In this document: positions 8,669 through 18,493 of the stretch, one piece after another
How positions within the stretch are numbered: the first letter of the stretch is position 1
Layout of the letters: each line of letters begins with the position of its first letter
NCBI GenBank assembly: GCA_031382215.1
Contig: JANMYQ010000188.1
Span: forward strand, 8,249 to 72,248
Origin: Methylibium sp.
GTDB lineage: Bacteria > Pseudomonadota > Gammaproteobacteria > Burkholderiales > Burkholderiaceae_C
Reading direction: 5' to 3'
DNA length: 64,000 nt
Position numbers and translations under genes: made by a program
The notes under the pieces: generated by a model
Databases searched by the model: none
What the model was told of the DNA's origin: nothing
The model's input: the letters and a program-made list of their open reading frames with translations, nothing else

Positions 8669-10105
8669 CTACTTGTTCCAGCGCTCGACGACAGCGGTCG
8701 GGCGCGGGATCGGCCGCACGCTTTCCCAGGCGCGTGCGGCGCGCAGCACCTGTGCGTCACCGAACATCGGGCCGACGATCTGCAGGCCCATCGGCAGCCC
8801 TGCTCGAGTCAGGCCACAAGGAAGGGTGCAAGCCGGTTGCTGGGTCAGGTTGAACGGGTAGGAGAACGGCGTCCAGCCGAGCATGGCCTGCGGGCTCATC
8901 GGGGTATGCCCAGCCGCGCGGGCCTCGAACGCCGGCACGGCGACCGACGGCGTGATCAGCAGATCGAAGCGCTGCATGAACTGGCGCATCTGCGCGCCCA
9001 GTGCGCCGCGCCTGGCGTTGAGCTTCTGGATGTCGAGCGCGCTCTGGTTCGAACCCAGCAGGACCTGCGCACGGAAGTCGGGGTCGACGAGTTCCTGCTG
9101 CCCGGGTGTGAGCGTGTTCCAGACCGTCCACGAGCCCAGGAACCACAGGCCGGTGGTGATCTCCAGCGGGTCTTCGAAGCCCGGGTCGACCTGTTCGACG
9201 TGCGCGCCGAGCGCCTCGAGCTGGCGCGCGCCGGCCTGCACGGCGGCGCTGATCTCGGGATCGACGTTGTGGGCGTAACCCAAGGTCGGCGAGTAGGCGA
9301 TCTTCCAGCCTCGTATGCCGTTGTCTAGCGCGGCCAGGTAATCCGCAGTATCGGGCTGCAGCGAGGTCCAATCGCGTGCGTCGGGTTGTTTCAGCACGTT
9401 GAGCATCAGCGCTGCGTCGCGCACGCTCATGCTGTGCGGGCCCAGGTGCGCCACCGACCCGAACGGCGACAGCGGATACGCCGGTACGCGCCCAAAGCTC
9501 GGCTTCATGCCGAAGTTGCCGCAGAACGCGGCCGGGATGCGCACCGACCCGGCCCCGTCGGTACCCACCGACAGCGGCCCCAGCCCGGCCGCCACCGCAG
9601 CCGCGGTGCCGCCCGACGATCCCCCCGGTGTCTTGCTCAGGTCCCAGGGGTTGCGGGTGATGCCGCTGCGCGGCGAGTTGGTTTCGCCCTTGCAGCCGAA
9701 CTCGGGCGTGGTGGTCTTGCCCAGCAGCACGGCGCCGGCTTCGCGCAGGCGTGCGGTGGCGGGAGCGTCTTCGTCCCAGGCCTGCGTTTCGTCGACGGTC
9801 CGGCTGCCGCGCAGCGTAGGCCAGCCGCGCGTCAGGATCAGGTCCTTGATCGACACCGGCACGCCGTCGAGTGCGCCGACCGGTGCGCCGCGCGCCCAGC
9901 GCGCTTCGCTGGCGCGTGCCTGTTGCAGGGCCGCTTCGTGCGCCACCAGGCAGAACGCATTGAGCTGCGGGTTGAGCGCGTCGATGCGCTCCAGCACGGC
10001 GCGCGCGGCTTCCAGCGGCGACGCCCGACGTTCGTGGTACAGGCGCAGAAGTTCGGTGGCGCTGCAGTCGGCCAGGTGTGTGGCCGCGGGCTGGGGCGAG
10101 GTCAT
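8669..10105 (-). CDS. Amidase-signature family amidase (GatA-like)
   Basis: ATG at 10105 (MTSPQPAATHL) within the 864-aa composite ORF. Contains GGSSGGTAAAVAAG and GTDGAGSVRIPAAFCG amidase-signature motifs. Confidence 0.9.
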   Translation of the reverse strand: MTSPQPAATHLADCSATELLRLYHERRASPLEAARAVLERIDALNPQLNAFCLVAHEAALQQARASEARWARGAPVGALDGVPVSIKDLILTRGWPTLRGSRTVDETQAWDEDAPATARLREAGAVLLGKTTTPEFGCKGETNSPRSGITRNPWDLSKTPGGSSGGTAAAVAAGLGPLSVGTDGAGSVRIPAAFCGNFGMKPSFGRVPAYPLSPFGSVAHLGPHSMSVRDAALMLNVLKQPDARDWTSLQPDTADYLAALDNGIRGWKIAYSPTLGYAHNVDPEISAAVQAGARQLEALGAHVEQVDPGFEDPLEITTGLWFLGSWTVWNTLTPGQQELVDPDFRAQVLLGSNQSALDIQKLNARRGALGAQMRQFMQRFDLLITPSVAVPAFEARAAGHTPMSPQAMLGWTPFSYPFNLTQQPACTLPCGLTRAGLPMGLQIVGPMFGDAQVLRAARAWESVRPIPRPTAVVERWNK

Positions 10106-10191
10106 GGCGGGGATCCTTCTCGCATCTTTGGCGCTGACGGCGACGTGGCAACGCCACGCCCATCCCATCGTAACCGTGGACCCCGCGCGCG

Positions 10192-11067
10192 TCAGCCCGC
10201 CAGGCCGAACAGCTCTTGCAGCGCCTCGCGGTACTGCGCCTGCCCGAGCGCGTGGGTGTCGTTGTGGGTGCCGCCCTGAACCAGCAGGAATTGTTTCGGC
10301 GAGGTCACACGCTCGAACAGCGCGCGCCCGAGTTCGGGGCGGATGAAATGGTCGGCGCTGCCATGCACCACCAAGGTGGGCACCGTCACCTGCGAGATGC
10401 GCCGGGCCGAGTCGAAGCGCTGCGTGATCAACGAGGCGAGCGGCCGCCAGCCACGGTGGAAGCCGATCACTTCGGGGATCGACGTGAATGTGCCTTCGAC
10501 GATCAACCCGGCGGCGTCGTCCACCAGCGTTGCCAGCTGCACCGCGATGGCGCCGCCCAGCGAGTGGCCGTAGACGTAGCGCTGCACCTGCGGGTGGCGC
10601 TGTGCCAGCCAACGCCAGGCGGCGCAGGCGTCTTCGCAGGCCAGGCGTTCGGAGGGCAGCTCGGCGGTGCTTTGGCCGAAGCCCCGGTAGTCGATGCCCA
10701 GCACTGAAAACCCCAGCGCGTGCAGGCTGCGCATGCGTTGTGCGCTGCTGCGGATGTCCCAGCGTGCGCCGTGCAGAAACAGCAGCACCGGTGCGTCGGC
10801 CTGGGCTTGTGGCAACCACAGCCCGTGCAGGGTGACAGATTTGCCGCTCTCTTCGGAGTGAAACCCGATCCATTGGTCCTGCAGGCCGACGCTGGCCTGG
10901 GCCCGCACGGCATTGCCGGCCAGGCCGGTCTGGAAGATCCAGCGCCGCTGCTGCACTTCCAGGCTGGTCACGCCGGCCAGCGTGGCCAGCGCAGCCACCG
11001 CGCCGCGCAACAGCCAGCGCGGCCGGCGCAAAAGCAATGAGCCCAGATGACGTGTTGCGGTGTGCAT
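10192..11067 (-). CDS. Alpha/beta hydrolase
   Basis: Likely starts at MHTATRH (11067). N-terminal hydrophobic segment. GHSLGG nucleophile elbow, with LFLHG and VVHGSADHF blocks. Confidence 0.8.
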   Translation of the reverse strand: MHTATRHLGSLLLRRPRWLLRGAVAALATLAGVTSLEVQQRRWIFQTGLAGNAVRAQASVGLQDQWIGFHSEESGKSVTLHGLWLPQAQADAPVLLFLHGARWDIRSSAQRMRSLHALGFSVLGIDYRGFGQSTAELPSERLACEDACAAWRWLAQRHPQVQRYVYGHSLGGAIAVQLATLVDDAAGLIVEGTFTSIPEVIGFHRGWRPLASLITQRFDSARRISQVTVPTLVVHGSADHFIRPELGRALFERVTSPKQFLLVQGGTHNDTHALGQAQYREALQELFGLAG

Positions 11068-11213
11068 GGCGAATCGATCGTGGCACTCGCGCCGTGGCGC
11101 TTGCATCCCTCACATGGAGGATCGCCGCTCGGCGGTGTGACAACTTGCCGTCGTCTCGGCAAGGACCTGGATAATCCGCGCGCATCCCATGGCGGAATAA
11201 CGGAGAACTCCCC

Positions 11214-12887
11214 TTGCTCAGCGACATCGAAATCGCCCAGGCGTCAACAATGCAACGAATCATCCCGCTCGCGCATGAGCGCCTGGGGATCGCCGACGAG
11301 CACCTGTCGCCGTACGGGCACTACAAGGCCAAGTTGTCGCTCGAGCACATCGAGTCGCTGCAGGGCCGGCCGGACGGCAAGCTGATCCTGGTGACCGCCA
11401 TCTCGCCCACGCCGGCCGGCGAAGGCAAGACCACCACCACCGTGGGTCTCGGCGATGCGCTGAACCACATTGGCCACAAGGCGGTGATCTGCCTGCGCGA
11501 ACCGTCGCTCGGGCCGGTGTTCGGCATGAAGGGCGGCGCGGCCGGCGGCGGCCACGCGCAGGTGGTGCCGATGGAAGACATCAACCTGCACTTCACCGGC
11601 GACTTTGCGGCCATCGCGCTGGCCAACAACCTGCTCGCTGCGCTGATCGACAACCACATTCACCACGGCAACGCCCTCGGTTTCGACGTGCGGCGCATCA
11701 CGTGGAAGCGCGTGGTGGACATGAACGACCGCGCGCTGCGCGACATCACCGTTGGCCTGGGCGGGCCGGCCAACGGCTATCCGCGCCAGGACGGTTTTGA
11801 CATCGTCGTCGCCTCCGAGGTGATGGCGATCCTGTGCCTGGCCACCAGCCTGGCCGACCTGAAGGCGCGATTGGGGCGCATCGTTGTCGGCCACACCGCC
11901 GATCTGAAGCCCATCTGCGCAGCCGACCTGCAAGCCCATGGCGCAATGACCGCGCTGCTGAAAGACGCGCTCGCCCCGAACCTGGTGCAGACGCTTGAGC
12001 ACAACCTGGCCTTCATCCACGGCGGGCCGTTTGCCAACATCGCGCACGGCTGCAACTCGGTGTTGGCCACCCGCACGGCGCTGAAGCTGGCCGACTATGT
12101 GGTGACCGAGGCCGGTTTCGGCGCCGACCTGGGGGCCGAGAAGTTCATCGACATCAAGTGCCGCGAATCGGGTCTGCGGCCGGCGGCGGTGGTGATCGTG
12201 GCGACGGTGCGGGCGCTCAAGTACCACGGCGGGGTGGAGGTGAAGGACGCGTCGATCGAGAACCTGGAGGCGCTTCAGCGCGGTCTGGTGAACCTGGAGC
12301 GCCACGTCGACAACGTGCACGAGCGCTACGGCATGCCGTGCGTGGTGGCGTTGAACCACCGCACGCACGATACCGACGCCGAAGTCGCGCTGCTGACCAG
12401 CCGCGCCCAGGCCCATGGCGCCAAGGTGGTGGTAGCGCGGCATTGGGCCGAAGGCGGCAGGGGTGCCGCCGATCTGGCCCGCGAGGTGGTGCAGTTGTGC
12501 GATCAGCCGAACAGCTTTCGCTTCGTCTACGAAGCCGAAGACAGCCTGTGGGACAAGGTCACGATGATCGCCACCCGCATCTACGGTGCATCCGGTGTGA
12601 AGGCCGCTGCCAAGGTGCGCGCACAAATCGATGCGCTGCAGGCGCAGGGTTACGGGCGCTTTCCGGTCTGCATCGCGAAGACGCAGTACTCGTTTTCGAC
12701 CGACCCCAAGCTGCGCGGCGCCCCTGTCGGGCATGTGCTGGACATTCGGGAAGTGCGCCTGGCGGCCGGCGCCGGTTTCGTCGTGATGGTCTGCGGGGAC
12801 GTGATGACGATGCCGGGGCTGCCGAAGGTGCCGTCGGCCAGCGCCATCGACGTGGACGACACCGGCAGGATCAAGGGGCTGTTCTGA
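11214..12887 (+). CDS. fhs: Formate--tetrahydrofolate ligase
   Basis: MLSDIEIAQ...[10 protein letters not shown]-terminus and [16 protein letters not shown]-loop. TTG start with GGAGAA 8 nt upstream. Confidence 0.95.
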   Translation: MLSDIEIAQASTMQRIIPLAHERLGIADEHLSPYGHYKAKLSLEHIESLQGRPDGKLILVTAISPTPAGEGKTTTTVGLGDALNHIGHKAVICLREPSLGPVFGMKGGAAGGGHAQVVPMEDINLHFTGDFAAIALANNLLAALIDNHIHHGNALGFDVRRITWKRVVDMNDRALRDITVGLGGPANGYPRQDGFDIVVASEVMAILCLATSLADLKARLGRIVVGHTADLKPICAADLQAHGAMTALLKDALAPNLVQTLEHNLAFIHGGPFANIAHGCNSVLATRTALKLADYVVTEAGFGADLGAEKFIDIKCRESGLRPAAVVIVATVRALKYHGGVEVKDASIENLEALQRGLVNLERHVDNVHERYGMPCVVALNHRTHDTDAEVALLTSRAQAHGAKVVVARHWAEGGRGAADLAREVVQLCDQPNSFRFVYEAEDSLWDKVTMIATRIYGASGVKAAAKVRAQIDALQAQGYGRFPVCIAKTQYSFSTDPKLRGAPVGHVLDIREVRLAAGAGFVVMVCGDVMTMPGLPKVPSASAIDVDDTGRIKGLF

Positions 12888-12917
12888 TCGGCCCCGCGCC
12901 TGAATCCGCCTGCGCAC

Positions 12918-13103
12918 TCAGCGCATGAAGATCGCGTACGGGCCCGACGCAGTCAGGTTCGCGTTGCCGGCTTCGAGCTGGCGCATGCGGCGCTCCAGGT
13001 CGTAGATGTCGGCCGATTCGGCGAGGAATTTTTCATCGCGGTCCTGAATCGAGACGGGCGAGAAGTCGAAGAGGCTCACGAGGGAGCTGAAGAACGTAGC
13101 CAT
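12918..13103 (-). CDS. DUF3563-like small protein (61 aa)
   Basis: FLAESADIYDLERRMRQLE matches the remembered DUF3563 core (YL..A.D..DLERR.R.LE) seen in Burkholderiales. Confidence 0.65.
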   Translation of the reverse strand: MATFFSSLVSLFDFSPVSIQDRDEKFLAESADIYDLERRMRQLEAGNANLTASGPYAIFMR

Positions 13104-13180
13104 GAGAAGCGGGAGACGAGGTCTGTATTGAAGAAGGCGTCAGTCTAAGGGAAAACCCTCATTTGCCCCACGCCGGATCT

Positions 13181-13207
13181 GAAAATGACCCTGATTCGGT
13201 CATTTTT
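13181..13207 (+). terminator. Perfect-stem hairpin followed by a T-run on the + strand (terminator-like; no upstream + strand gene)
   Basis: gaaaatgacc-ctgattc-ggtcatttt followed by tttctgttt. It lies in the AT-rich 163-nt spacer between dbpA and the DUF3563 gene. Confidence 0.35.
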
Positions 13208-13231
13208 CTGTTTCGGCTGAAGCAAAGGTCA

Positions 13232-13256
13232 GAAATGCACAACCGAGGTGCATTTC
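13232..13256 (-). terminator. Hairpin just downstream of dbpA (possible weak intrinsic terminator)
   Basis: gaaatgcac-aaccgag-gtgcatttc forms a 9-bp perfect stem 11 nt after the dbpA stop. The trailing U tract on the minus strand is poor (ugaccuuug). Confidence 0.4.
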
Positions 13257-13266
13257 CTGACAAGCC

Positions 13267-14655
13267 TCACTCCAGCAGCCGTGCCTTCACGCTCTTGCCC
13301 TTGACCTTGCCCGCGTTCAGTTTGCTCAGTGCCTGCTTTGCGATCTGACGGTCCACCGCCACGTAAGTCGAAAACGGGTTCACGTCGATCTTGCCAATCT
13401 GGGCGGCAGCAAAACCGGCGTCCTTGGTCAGTGCGCCCAGCACGTCGCCAGCGCGGATCTTTTCCTTGCGGCCGCCGACGATCTGCAAGGTCACGCGCGG
13501 CGGCACCAGGGGCTCGGTACTGGTGGGTGCCAGTTCGCTCAAGGGGTGCCAGTCGCTCTCAGTGCCCTGGACCACCTCGATCTTGCCCACGCTGCCCATT
13601 TCGTCCAGGCTGGCCAGGCTCAGCGCCCAACCTTCAGCGTCGACGCGCCCGGTGCGGCCGACGCGGTGCACGTGCACATCAGGGTCGGGCGTGATGTCGA
13701 CGTTGATCACCGCCTCGAGTTGCGCAATGTCGAGCCCGCGCGCTGCCACGTCGGTGGCCACCAGCACCGAACAACTGCGGTTGGCAAACTGCACCAGCAC
13801 CTGGTCGCGTTCGCGCTGTTCCAGTTCGCCGTGCAGTGCCAGCGCGACGAAGCCCTGTGCGCGCAGCACTTCGACCAGGTCGCGGCACTGCTGGCGCGTG
13901 TTGCAGAACGCCAAGGTGCTGGCCGGGCGGTAGTGGTTCAGCAGCAGCGACACGGCGTGCAGGCGCTCGTTCTCCTTCACCTCATAAAAGCGCTGGTGGA
14001 TCTTGTCGGCGGCATGGCGCGCCAGCAGCTTGACCTCTTTCGGTTCGCGCATGAACTGCTGCGCGAGTTGGGTAATGCCATCCGGGTAGGTGGCCGAGAA
14101 CAACAGGGTCTGGCGCCCCTTCGGTGCGAGCTTGCAGACCGCGGCGATGTCGTCGAAGAAGCCCATGTCGAGCATCCGGTCGGCTTCATCGAGCACCAGC
14201 GTGTCGAGCATGGCCAGATCCAGGTTGCCGCGTTGCAGCAGGTCCAGCACCCGCCCCGGCGTGCCCACCACCACGTGGGCACCGTGCGCCAGGCTTTCTT
14301 GCTGGGGGCGCAAGGCCGAGCCGCCGCATAGGGTCAAGGTCTTGATGTTTTCGGTGGCGCGGGCCAGTCGGCGCACCTCTTGCGTCACCTGTTCGGCCAG
14401 TTCACGGGTGGGGCACAGCACCAGCGCCTGTACGGCCGGGCGGCCCGTGCCGCCTTCGGGGCGCAGCTTGTTCAGCAGTGCCAGCGCAAATGCCGCCGTC
14501 TTGCCGCTGCCGGTCTTGGCCTGGGCAACCAGATCGTGCCCGGCCAGCGCCAGCGGCAGGCTGGCGGCCTGGATCGGCGTCATGCCCAGGTAGCCCAGTT
14601 GCTGCAGATTGGCCAGCATCGCCGTGGGCAGCGGCAGCGTGTCGAAAGAGGTCAT
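13267..14655 (-). CDS. dbpA: ATP-dependent RNA helicase DbpA (DEAD-box with C-terminal 23S-rRNA-binding domain)
   Basis: Contains PTRELAEQV, DEADRMLDMGF, SAT and HRVGRTGR motifs. The C-terminal VTLQIVGGRKEKIRAGDVLGALT is DbpA-type RBD-like. Confidence 0.9.
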   Translation of the reverse strand: MTSFDTLPLPTAMLANLQQLGYLGMTPIQAASLPLALAGHDLVAQAKTGSGKTAAFALALLNKLRPEGGTGRPAVQALVLCPTRELAEQVTQEVRRLARATENIKTLTLCGGSALRPQQESLAHGAHVVVGTPGRVLDLLQRGNLDLAMLDTLVLDEADRMLDMGFFDDIAAVCKLAPKGRQTLLFSATYPDGITQLAQQFMREPKEVKLLARHAADKIHQRFYEVKENERLHAVSLLLNHYRPASTLAFCNTRQQCRDLVEVLRAQGFVALALHGELEQRERDQVLVQFANRSCSVLVATDVAARGLDIAQLEAVINVDITPDPDVHVHRVGRTGRVDAEGWALSLASLDEMGSVGKIEVVQGTESDWHPLSELAPTSTEPLVPPRVTLQIVGGRKEKIRAGDVLGALTKDAGFAAAQIGKIDVNPFSTYVAVDRQIAKQALSKLNAGKVKGKSVKARLLE

Positions 14656-14717
14656 GCCCCATTATCGGGACGGTCGCCGGGACGGTCGTCAGGACCGGCG
14701 GCGACCCCACCGCCGGA

Positions 14718-15851
14718 CTAGCGCCGCACACCGCCCTTGAGTGCGTCGGTGAGCTTGCGAAAGCCCGCAATGTCGCCGTCGGCGAGAAGTCGCGCTTGTT
14801 GCGGCCAGGAGTCGGTGCGAGCCAGCGCGAAGCGCGGGCCAGAGCGCTCGAGCACGGCAGCGAGCGCCTCGGGCGTGGAGTCGGCCAGGTCCAGGAAAAG
14901 CAGGTAGCCGGCGTCGTTGAGCAGCATTTCGATCTTGGGGCCGATGCCTTCAATGAGCTTCAGGTCGTCGCGACGCCGCCCTGCTTCACTTGATCGGTAC
15001 ACGTCGATCGACAAGCGCGCCAAGGCAGCGTCGCGGTCGTCCAGGGTGCGTCTAAGGGTTGCCAGTTCACTTTCGGCCAGGGCCACACGGGCCGGCAGTG
15101 GCGACAGCAACATCAGGCGCCTCTCCAGCGTCGCCAACGCTTCGTTCTTGATGCGCAGGGCGGCCTGGCTCGCTTCGAGTCTGGTCGCCAACGCATCGGC
15201 CCGGGCTTCGAGCTGGGCCATGTCCTCCATCCGGGTGACCTGCGCTGCCTCCGCGCTGCCGGTGCTGCGCAGCGTTTGTGCATGGGCCCGTTCCAGGGCG
15301 GCCAGCTTGAGGCGGTGCTCGTCCACCAGCGTGGCGCGTTCGATGTTCCAGGCGTTTTGGGCAGCGGCCAGGTCGGCGGCGGCCTTGGCGCCGGCAAACT
15401 GGTGCGCCTGGGCCTGAGCCAGCGACCCGGCCATCACCGACTCAGCCGCGTGGAGCCGCTCGGTGAGCACCGCGACGGCGCGGTCGCGTTCCTCGATGGC
15501 TTTCAGCGAGGTTTCGCGGGCTTGGTCAAAGCCGGCCGCCTTGGCGCCGTTGGATGCCAGTTTCATGGTCAGCATCTGCAGCTCGGCCGCGCTGGTGGCC
15601 TCAACGTCGGCAACGCGGTGGCGCTGTTTCACCAGGTCGGCCTCGAGGGCCTGGATCTGGCTCTGTTTGGAACTCACCTCGGCTTCGAGCCGACGCGCTT
15701 GATCGAGTGCGGCGGCCAGGCGGGCTGCACCGGCTTCTTCGGCCGGAGCCGCCGACGCTCGGCGAAGGAACCAGCCGCAGCCCAGGCTCCAGGCGCCGGC
15801 GAGCAGCAGACACGGCCAGGCGGCGCCGAAGAACTGAGCCATCTGAACCAT
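14718..15851 (-). CDS. N-terminally membrane-anchored long coiled-coil protein with C-terminal helix-hairpin-helix domain (377 aa), module copy 2
   Basis: ATG at 15851 ([24 protein letters not shown]) with GAGGAGAAGAG upstream. About 270 aa are A/L/E/Q/R-rich helix. The C-terminus reads [22 protein letters not shown]...[13 protein letters not shown] (HhH type). Confidence 0.7.
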   Translation of the reverse strand: MVQMAQFFGAAWPCLLLAGAWSLGCGWFLRRASAAPAEEAGAARLAAALDQARRLEAEVSSKQSQIQALEADLVKQRHRVADVEATSAAELQMLTMKLASNGAKAAGFDQARETSLKAIEERDRAVAVLTERLHAAESVMAGSLAQAQAHQFAGAKAAADLAAAQNAWNIERATLVDEHRLKLAALERAHAQTLRSTGSAEAAQVTRMEDMAQLEARADALATRLEASQAALRIKNEALATLERRLMLLSPLPARVALAESELATLRRTLDDRDAALARLSIDVYRSSEAGRRRDDLKLIEGIGPKIEMLLNDAGYLLFLDLADSTPEALAAVLERSGPRFALARTDSWPQQARLLADGDIAGFRKLTDALKGGVRR

Positions 15852-16051
15852 CAACTCTTCTCCTCGGTGCCGAACGAGATGCGGCGAATGCGGGCGCGGC
15901 CGGCAGCGGTGTGGTGGTCCGAGACCCGCATTTCGTCCGGCTGCGTTGAGCGGTTCGTTGCCTCCGGCCGCGTGGCGTGCAGCCTGTGGCACGCCCCCGC
16001 GAGGGCGCCCAGGCCGAGCAGCCACAACATCACAATCAGCGTGCTCTTCAT
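15851..16051 (-). CDS. Mini signal-peptide protein, possibly a lipoprotein (66 aa), module copy 2
   Basis: [21 protein letters not shown]... within ORF 15851..16066. It aligns without gaps to the 7534..7707 product over the first 21 aa (10/21 identical, Cys at position 21 in both). Its stop overlaps the next start (TGATG). Confidence 0.5.
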   Translation of the reverse strand: MKSTLIVMLWLLGLGALAGACHRLHATRPEATNRSTQPDEMRVSDHHTAAGRARIRRISFGTEEKS

Positions 16052-16272
16052 CGACTCGGCTTCCAATGCAGCGACGTGCCGCAGGTCGATTGTTGGATTT
16101 CGCCCCTCGCATGAAAAGGGTCATCCAGGCCGCCAGGCGCCAGCCGCCACGGAAATGGTCGGTGATGTGGTGCAAAGCGGGCATCGGCGAGACTTTGTCG
16201 GCGTTCCGCGGGGCGGGCCGGCCGGGATCAACGACCGTTACGATGCGCGAACATCATCTCGGAGCCCCTTTC

Positions 16273-17229
16273 ATGGCCGCCGCCAACCTGCTGACCCTGA
16301 TCGACGACATCGCCACCGTGCTCGACGACGTGGCCCTATTGACCAAGGTCGCGGCCAAGAAGACCGCCGGCGTGCTGGGCGACGATCTGGCGCTGAACGC
16401 ACAGCAGGTCTCTGGCGTGAAGGCCGACCGCGAGCTGCCGGTGGTGTGGGCGGTGGCCAAGGGCTCGTTCGTCAACAAGGCCATCCTGGTGCCGGCGGCG
16501 TTGGCGATCAGCGCGTTCGCGCCGTGGGCCGTCACGCCGCTGCTGATGTTGGGGGGAGCGTTCCTCTGTTACGAGGGTTTCGAGAAGCTGGCGCACAAGT
16601 TCCTGCACGCGAAGGAAGAAGATCAGGCGCGCCACGCCGAACTGGTGACGGCGCTGGCCGACCCGGCCATGGACCTGGTGGCCTTCGAGAAGGACAAGAT
16701 CAAGGGCGCCGTGCGCACCGATTTCATCCTGTCGGCCGAGATCATCGCGATCACGCTGGGCACGGTCTCGTCCTCGCCGTTCGGGACCCAGGTGGCGGTG
16801 CTGTGCGGCATGGCCGTGTTGATGACGGTTGGCGTCTATGGCCTGGTGGCAGGCATCGTCAAGCTCGATGATGGTGGTCTGTACCTGAGCCGCCAGGCTG
16901 GCGCGGACGCCTGGGCGCGTTTGCAGCGCAGCTTCGGCAAGGGGATCCTGCTGGCTGCACCCTACCTGATGAAAGGACTGTCGATTGCCGGCACGGCCGC
17001 GATGTTCCTGGTGGGCGGCGGCATCCTCACGCACGGGATTCCGGCGCTGCACCACGGGATCGAAGGGCTGGCGGCGCAGATGGGAGGTTTGGCCGGCATT
17101 GGCGGTGTGCTCAAGGCGGTCGCGCCGACCTTGATGGACGGGGTGGTCGGCATCGTGGCCGGAGCGCTCGTGCTGTTGCTGGCCACGGGAGCTCAACGCG
17201 CTTGGCGCGCGGCCCGGCCGGCGGCGTGA
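16273..17229 (+). CDS. yedI: DUF808 family inner-membrane protein (YedI-like)
   Basis: [59 protein letters not shown] is near-colinear with remembered E. coli YedI. An alternative ATG is at 16243. Confidence 0.85.
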   Translation: MAAANLLTLIDDIATVLDDVALLTKVAAKKTAGVLGDDLALNAQQVSGVKADRELPVVWAVAKGSFVNKAILVPAALAISAFAPWAVTPLLMLGGAFLCYEGFEKLAHKFLHAKEEDQARHAELVTALADPAMDLVAFEKDKIKGAVRTDFILSAEIIAITLGTVSSSPFGTQVAVLCGMAVLMTVGVYGLVAGIVKLDDGGLYLSRQAGADAWARLQRSFGKGILLAAPYLMKGLSIAGTAAMFLVGGGILTHGIPALHHGIEGLAAQMGGLAGIGGVLKAVAPTLMDGVVGIVAGALVLLLATGAQRAWRAARPAA

Positions 17230-17262
17230 CGCCAGCACCATTCTTCAGATGAGCCCGCCCCG

Positions 17263-18219
17263 ATGAACTTGCTGCTCGCCCCGATGGAGGGCCTTCTGGA
17301 CCACACGTTGCGCGACATCCTGACGCGTGTGGGCGGCATCGACCGCTGCGTGTCCGAGTTCATCCGCGTCTCCGGCACGCTGCTGCCCGAGCGCGCGTTC
17401 ATCCGCGTCGTGCCCGAGCTGGAGCATGGTGGGCGCACGCGCGCCGGCGTGCCGGTGCGAGCGCAGTTGATGGGGTCCGACGCGACCTGCCTGGCCGAGA
17501 ACGCCGGCAGGCTCGCGTCCCTGGGCCCGGCCGGCATCGACCTGAACTTCGGCTGCCCGGCCAAGGTGGTGAACCGCCATGGCGGTGGCGCGGCGTTGCT
17601 GGACGACCCGGAACTGGTGGCGCGCATCGTCGCGGCGGTGCGCCGCGCGGTGCCGCGGGCGATGCCGGTGTCGGCCAAGATGCGCCTGGGCAACCTGTGC
17701 GACTCGCGCGCAGTGGAATGCGCGCAGGCGATTGAAAGCGGCGGCGCCGACGAACTGGTGGTGCATGCGCGCACCAAGGCGCACGGCTACCGGCCGCCAG
17801 CGTACTGGGAGCGCATTCGCGACATCCGCGCGCAGGTGGCGATTCCGGTCATCGCCAACGGCGAAATCTGGAGTGTGGAAGACGCGCTGCGCTGCCGCGA
17901 ACAGTCCGGTTGCGACGCGCTGATGCTCGGTCGCGGCCAAGTCTGCGACCCCGGCCTGGCTTTGGCGATCGCCCGGCCCGGCCACGCGCCACTGGGTTGG
18001 CCCGCGCTGCTGCCGCTGATGGCAGAGTTCTGGCAGCTGATCAAGGCCCACATCGAACCGCGCGCCCGCGCCGGGCGACTGAAGCAGTGGCTCAACTACC
18101 TGCGCCGGCGCTACCCGCAGGCCGAGGCGGCGTATGCGGCGGTGCGCACAGTCAACGACCCGGTGCTGGTGAGTGAGCGGCTGTTCAGCACCGCCTTGTC
18201 CCACGGAGAGTGCCCTTGA
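17263..18219 (+). CDS. dusC: tRNA-dihydrouridine(16) synthase DusC
   Basis: MNLLLAPMEGLLD...CVSEFIRV...LNFGCPAKVVN...VHARTK...IPVIANGEI is colinear with E. coli DusC. Confidence 0.9.
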   Translation: MNLLLAPMEGLLDHTLRDILTRVGGIDRCVSEFIRVSGTLLPERAFIRVVPELEHGGRTRAGVPVRAQLMGSDATCLAENAGRLASLGPAGIDLNFGCPAKVVNRHGGGAALLDDPELVARIVAAVRRAVPRAMPVSAKMRLGNLCDSRAVECAQAIESGGADELVVHARTKAHGYRPPAYWERIRDIRAQVAIPVIANGEIWSVEDALRCREQSGCDALMLGRGQVCDPGLALAIARPGHAPLGWPALLPLMAEFWQLIKAHIEPRARAGRLKQWLNYLRRRYPQAEAAYAAVRTVNDPVLVSERLFSTALSHGECP

Positions 18220-18443
18220 AGACCTATCACATCGAAGTGCAGCGCTTCAAGGCGATCAGCCACGCGAACGGGCTGATCGAGGCGCAGATCGACGCTTCGG
18301 TGCTGCCGGCGCCGCACTCGGCCGACGGCACCACGCCGACCACCCGGCTGCTGATGACCGAAGCCAACGCGCGCGTACTGCAGGCCTTGCTGAAGACGCA
18401 GCTGGCCGAGCTGGACAAGCGCAAGGCGCGCAGCCAGCGCTGA
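18210..18443 (+). CDS. Hypothetical 77-aa protein overlapping the dusC 3' end
   Basis: GTG at 18210 overlaps the dusC stop by 10 nt. The C-terminus is helical and basic (LLKTQLAELDKRKARSQR). No family recognised. Confidence 0.4.
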   Translation: MPLKTYHIEVQRFKAISHANGLIEAQIDASVLPAPHSADGTTPTTRLLMTEANARVLQALLKTQLAELDKRKARSQR

Positions 18444-18448
18444 CCGCG

Positions 18449-18472
18449 GCGGCGCGCGCTGCAACGCGCCGC
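18449..18472. terminator. GC-rich 8-bp hairpin between convergent genes (possible bidirectional terminator, no U tract)
   Basis: gcggcgcg-cgctgcaa-cgcgccgc lies between the stops at 18443 (+) and 18494 (-). Confidence 0.3.
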
Positions 18473-18493
18473 ATCGCCTCGCGAGTCAGCGCA

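Noticed and set aside
11068-11213. Possible ZTP (pfl-motif) riboswitch in the fhs leader, since fhs is a classic ZTP-regulated gene.
   Set aside because: I could not find the conserved 3' CCGCCUGGGC pseudoknot element, nor a convincing GGGUCGUGACUGGCG 5' core. Only a loose TCGTGGCACTCGCG resemblance and an unrelated cttgccg/cggcaag hairpin are present. An Rfam RF01750 cmsearch would settle it.
8669-11263. 864-aa ORF that could be read as one giant protein.
   Set aside because: Only the C-terminal 478 aa (from ATG 10105) look like a real protein, an amidase. The upstream part is an Arg/Pro/Ala-rich read-through overlapping, in another frame, a bona fide alpha/beta-hydrolase gene (10192-11067).
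11244-12917. 557-aa ORF on the minus strand, exactly mirroring fhs (also 557 aa).
   Set aside because: Its Arg/Gly/Ala/Pro/His-rich translation has no recognisable motifs, and fhs on the + strand has unambiguous motifs. Long antisense ORFs are expected at this GC content because stop codons are AT-rich.
13163-13348. 61-aa + strand ORF spanning the dbpA/DUF3563 spacer.
   Set aside because: It overlaps the dbpA 3' end antisense and runs through both hairpins. It has no SD and a low-complexity hydrophobic tail. The region is better explained as a structured non-coding spacer.
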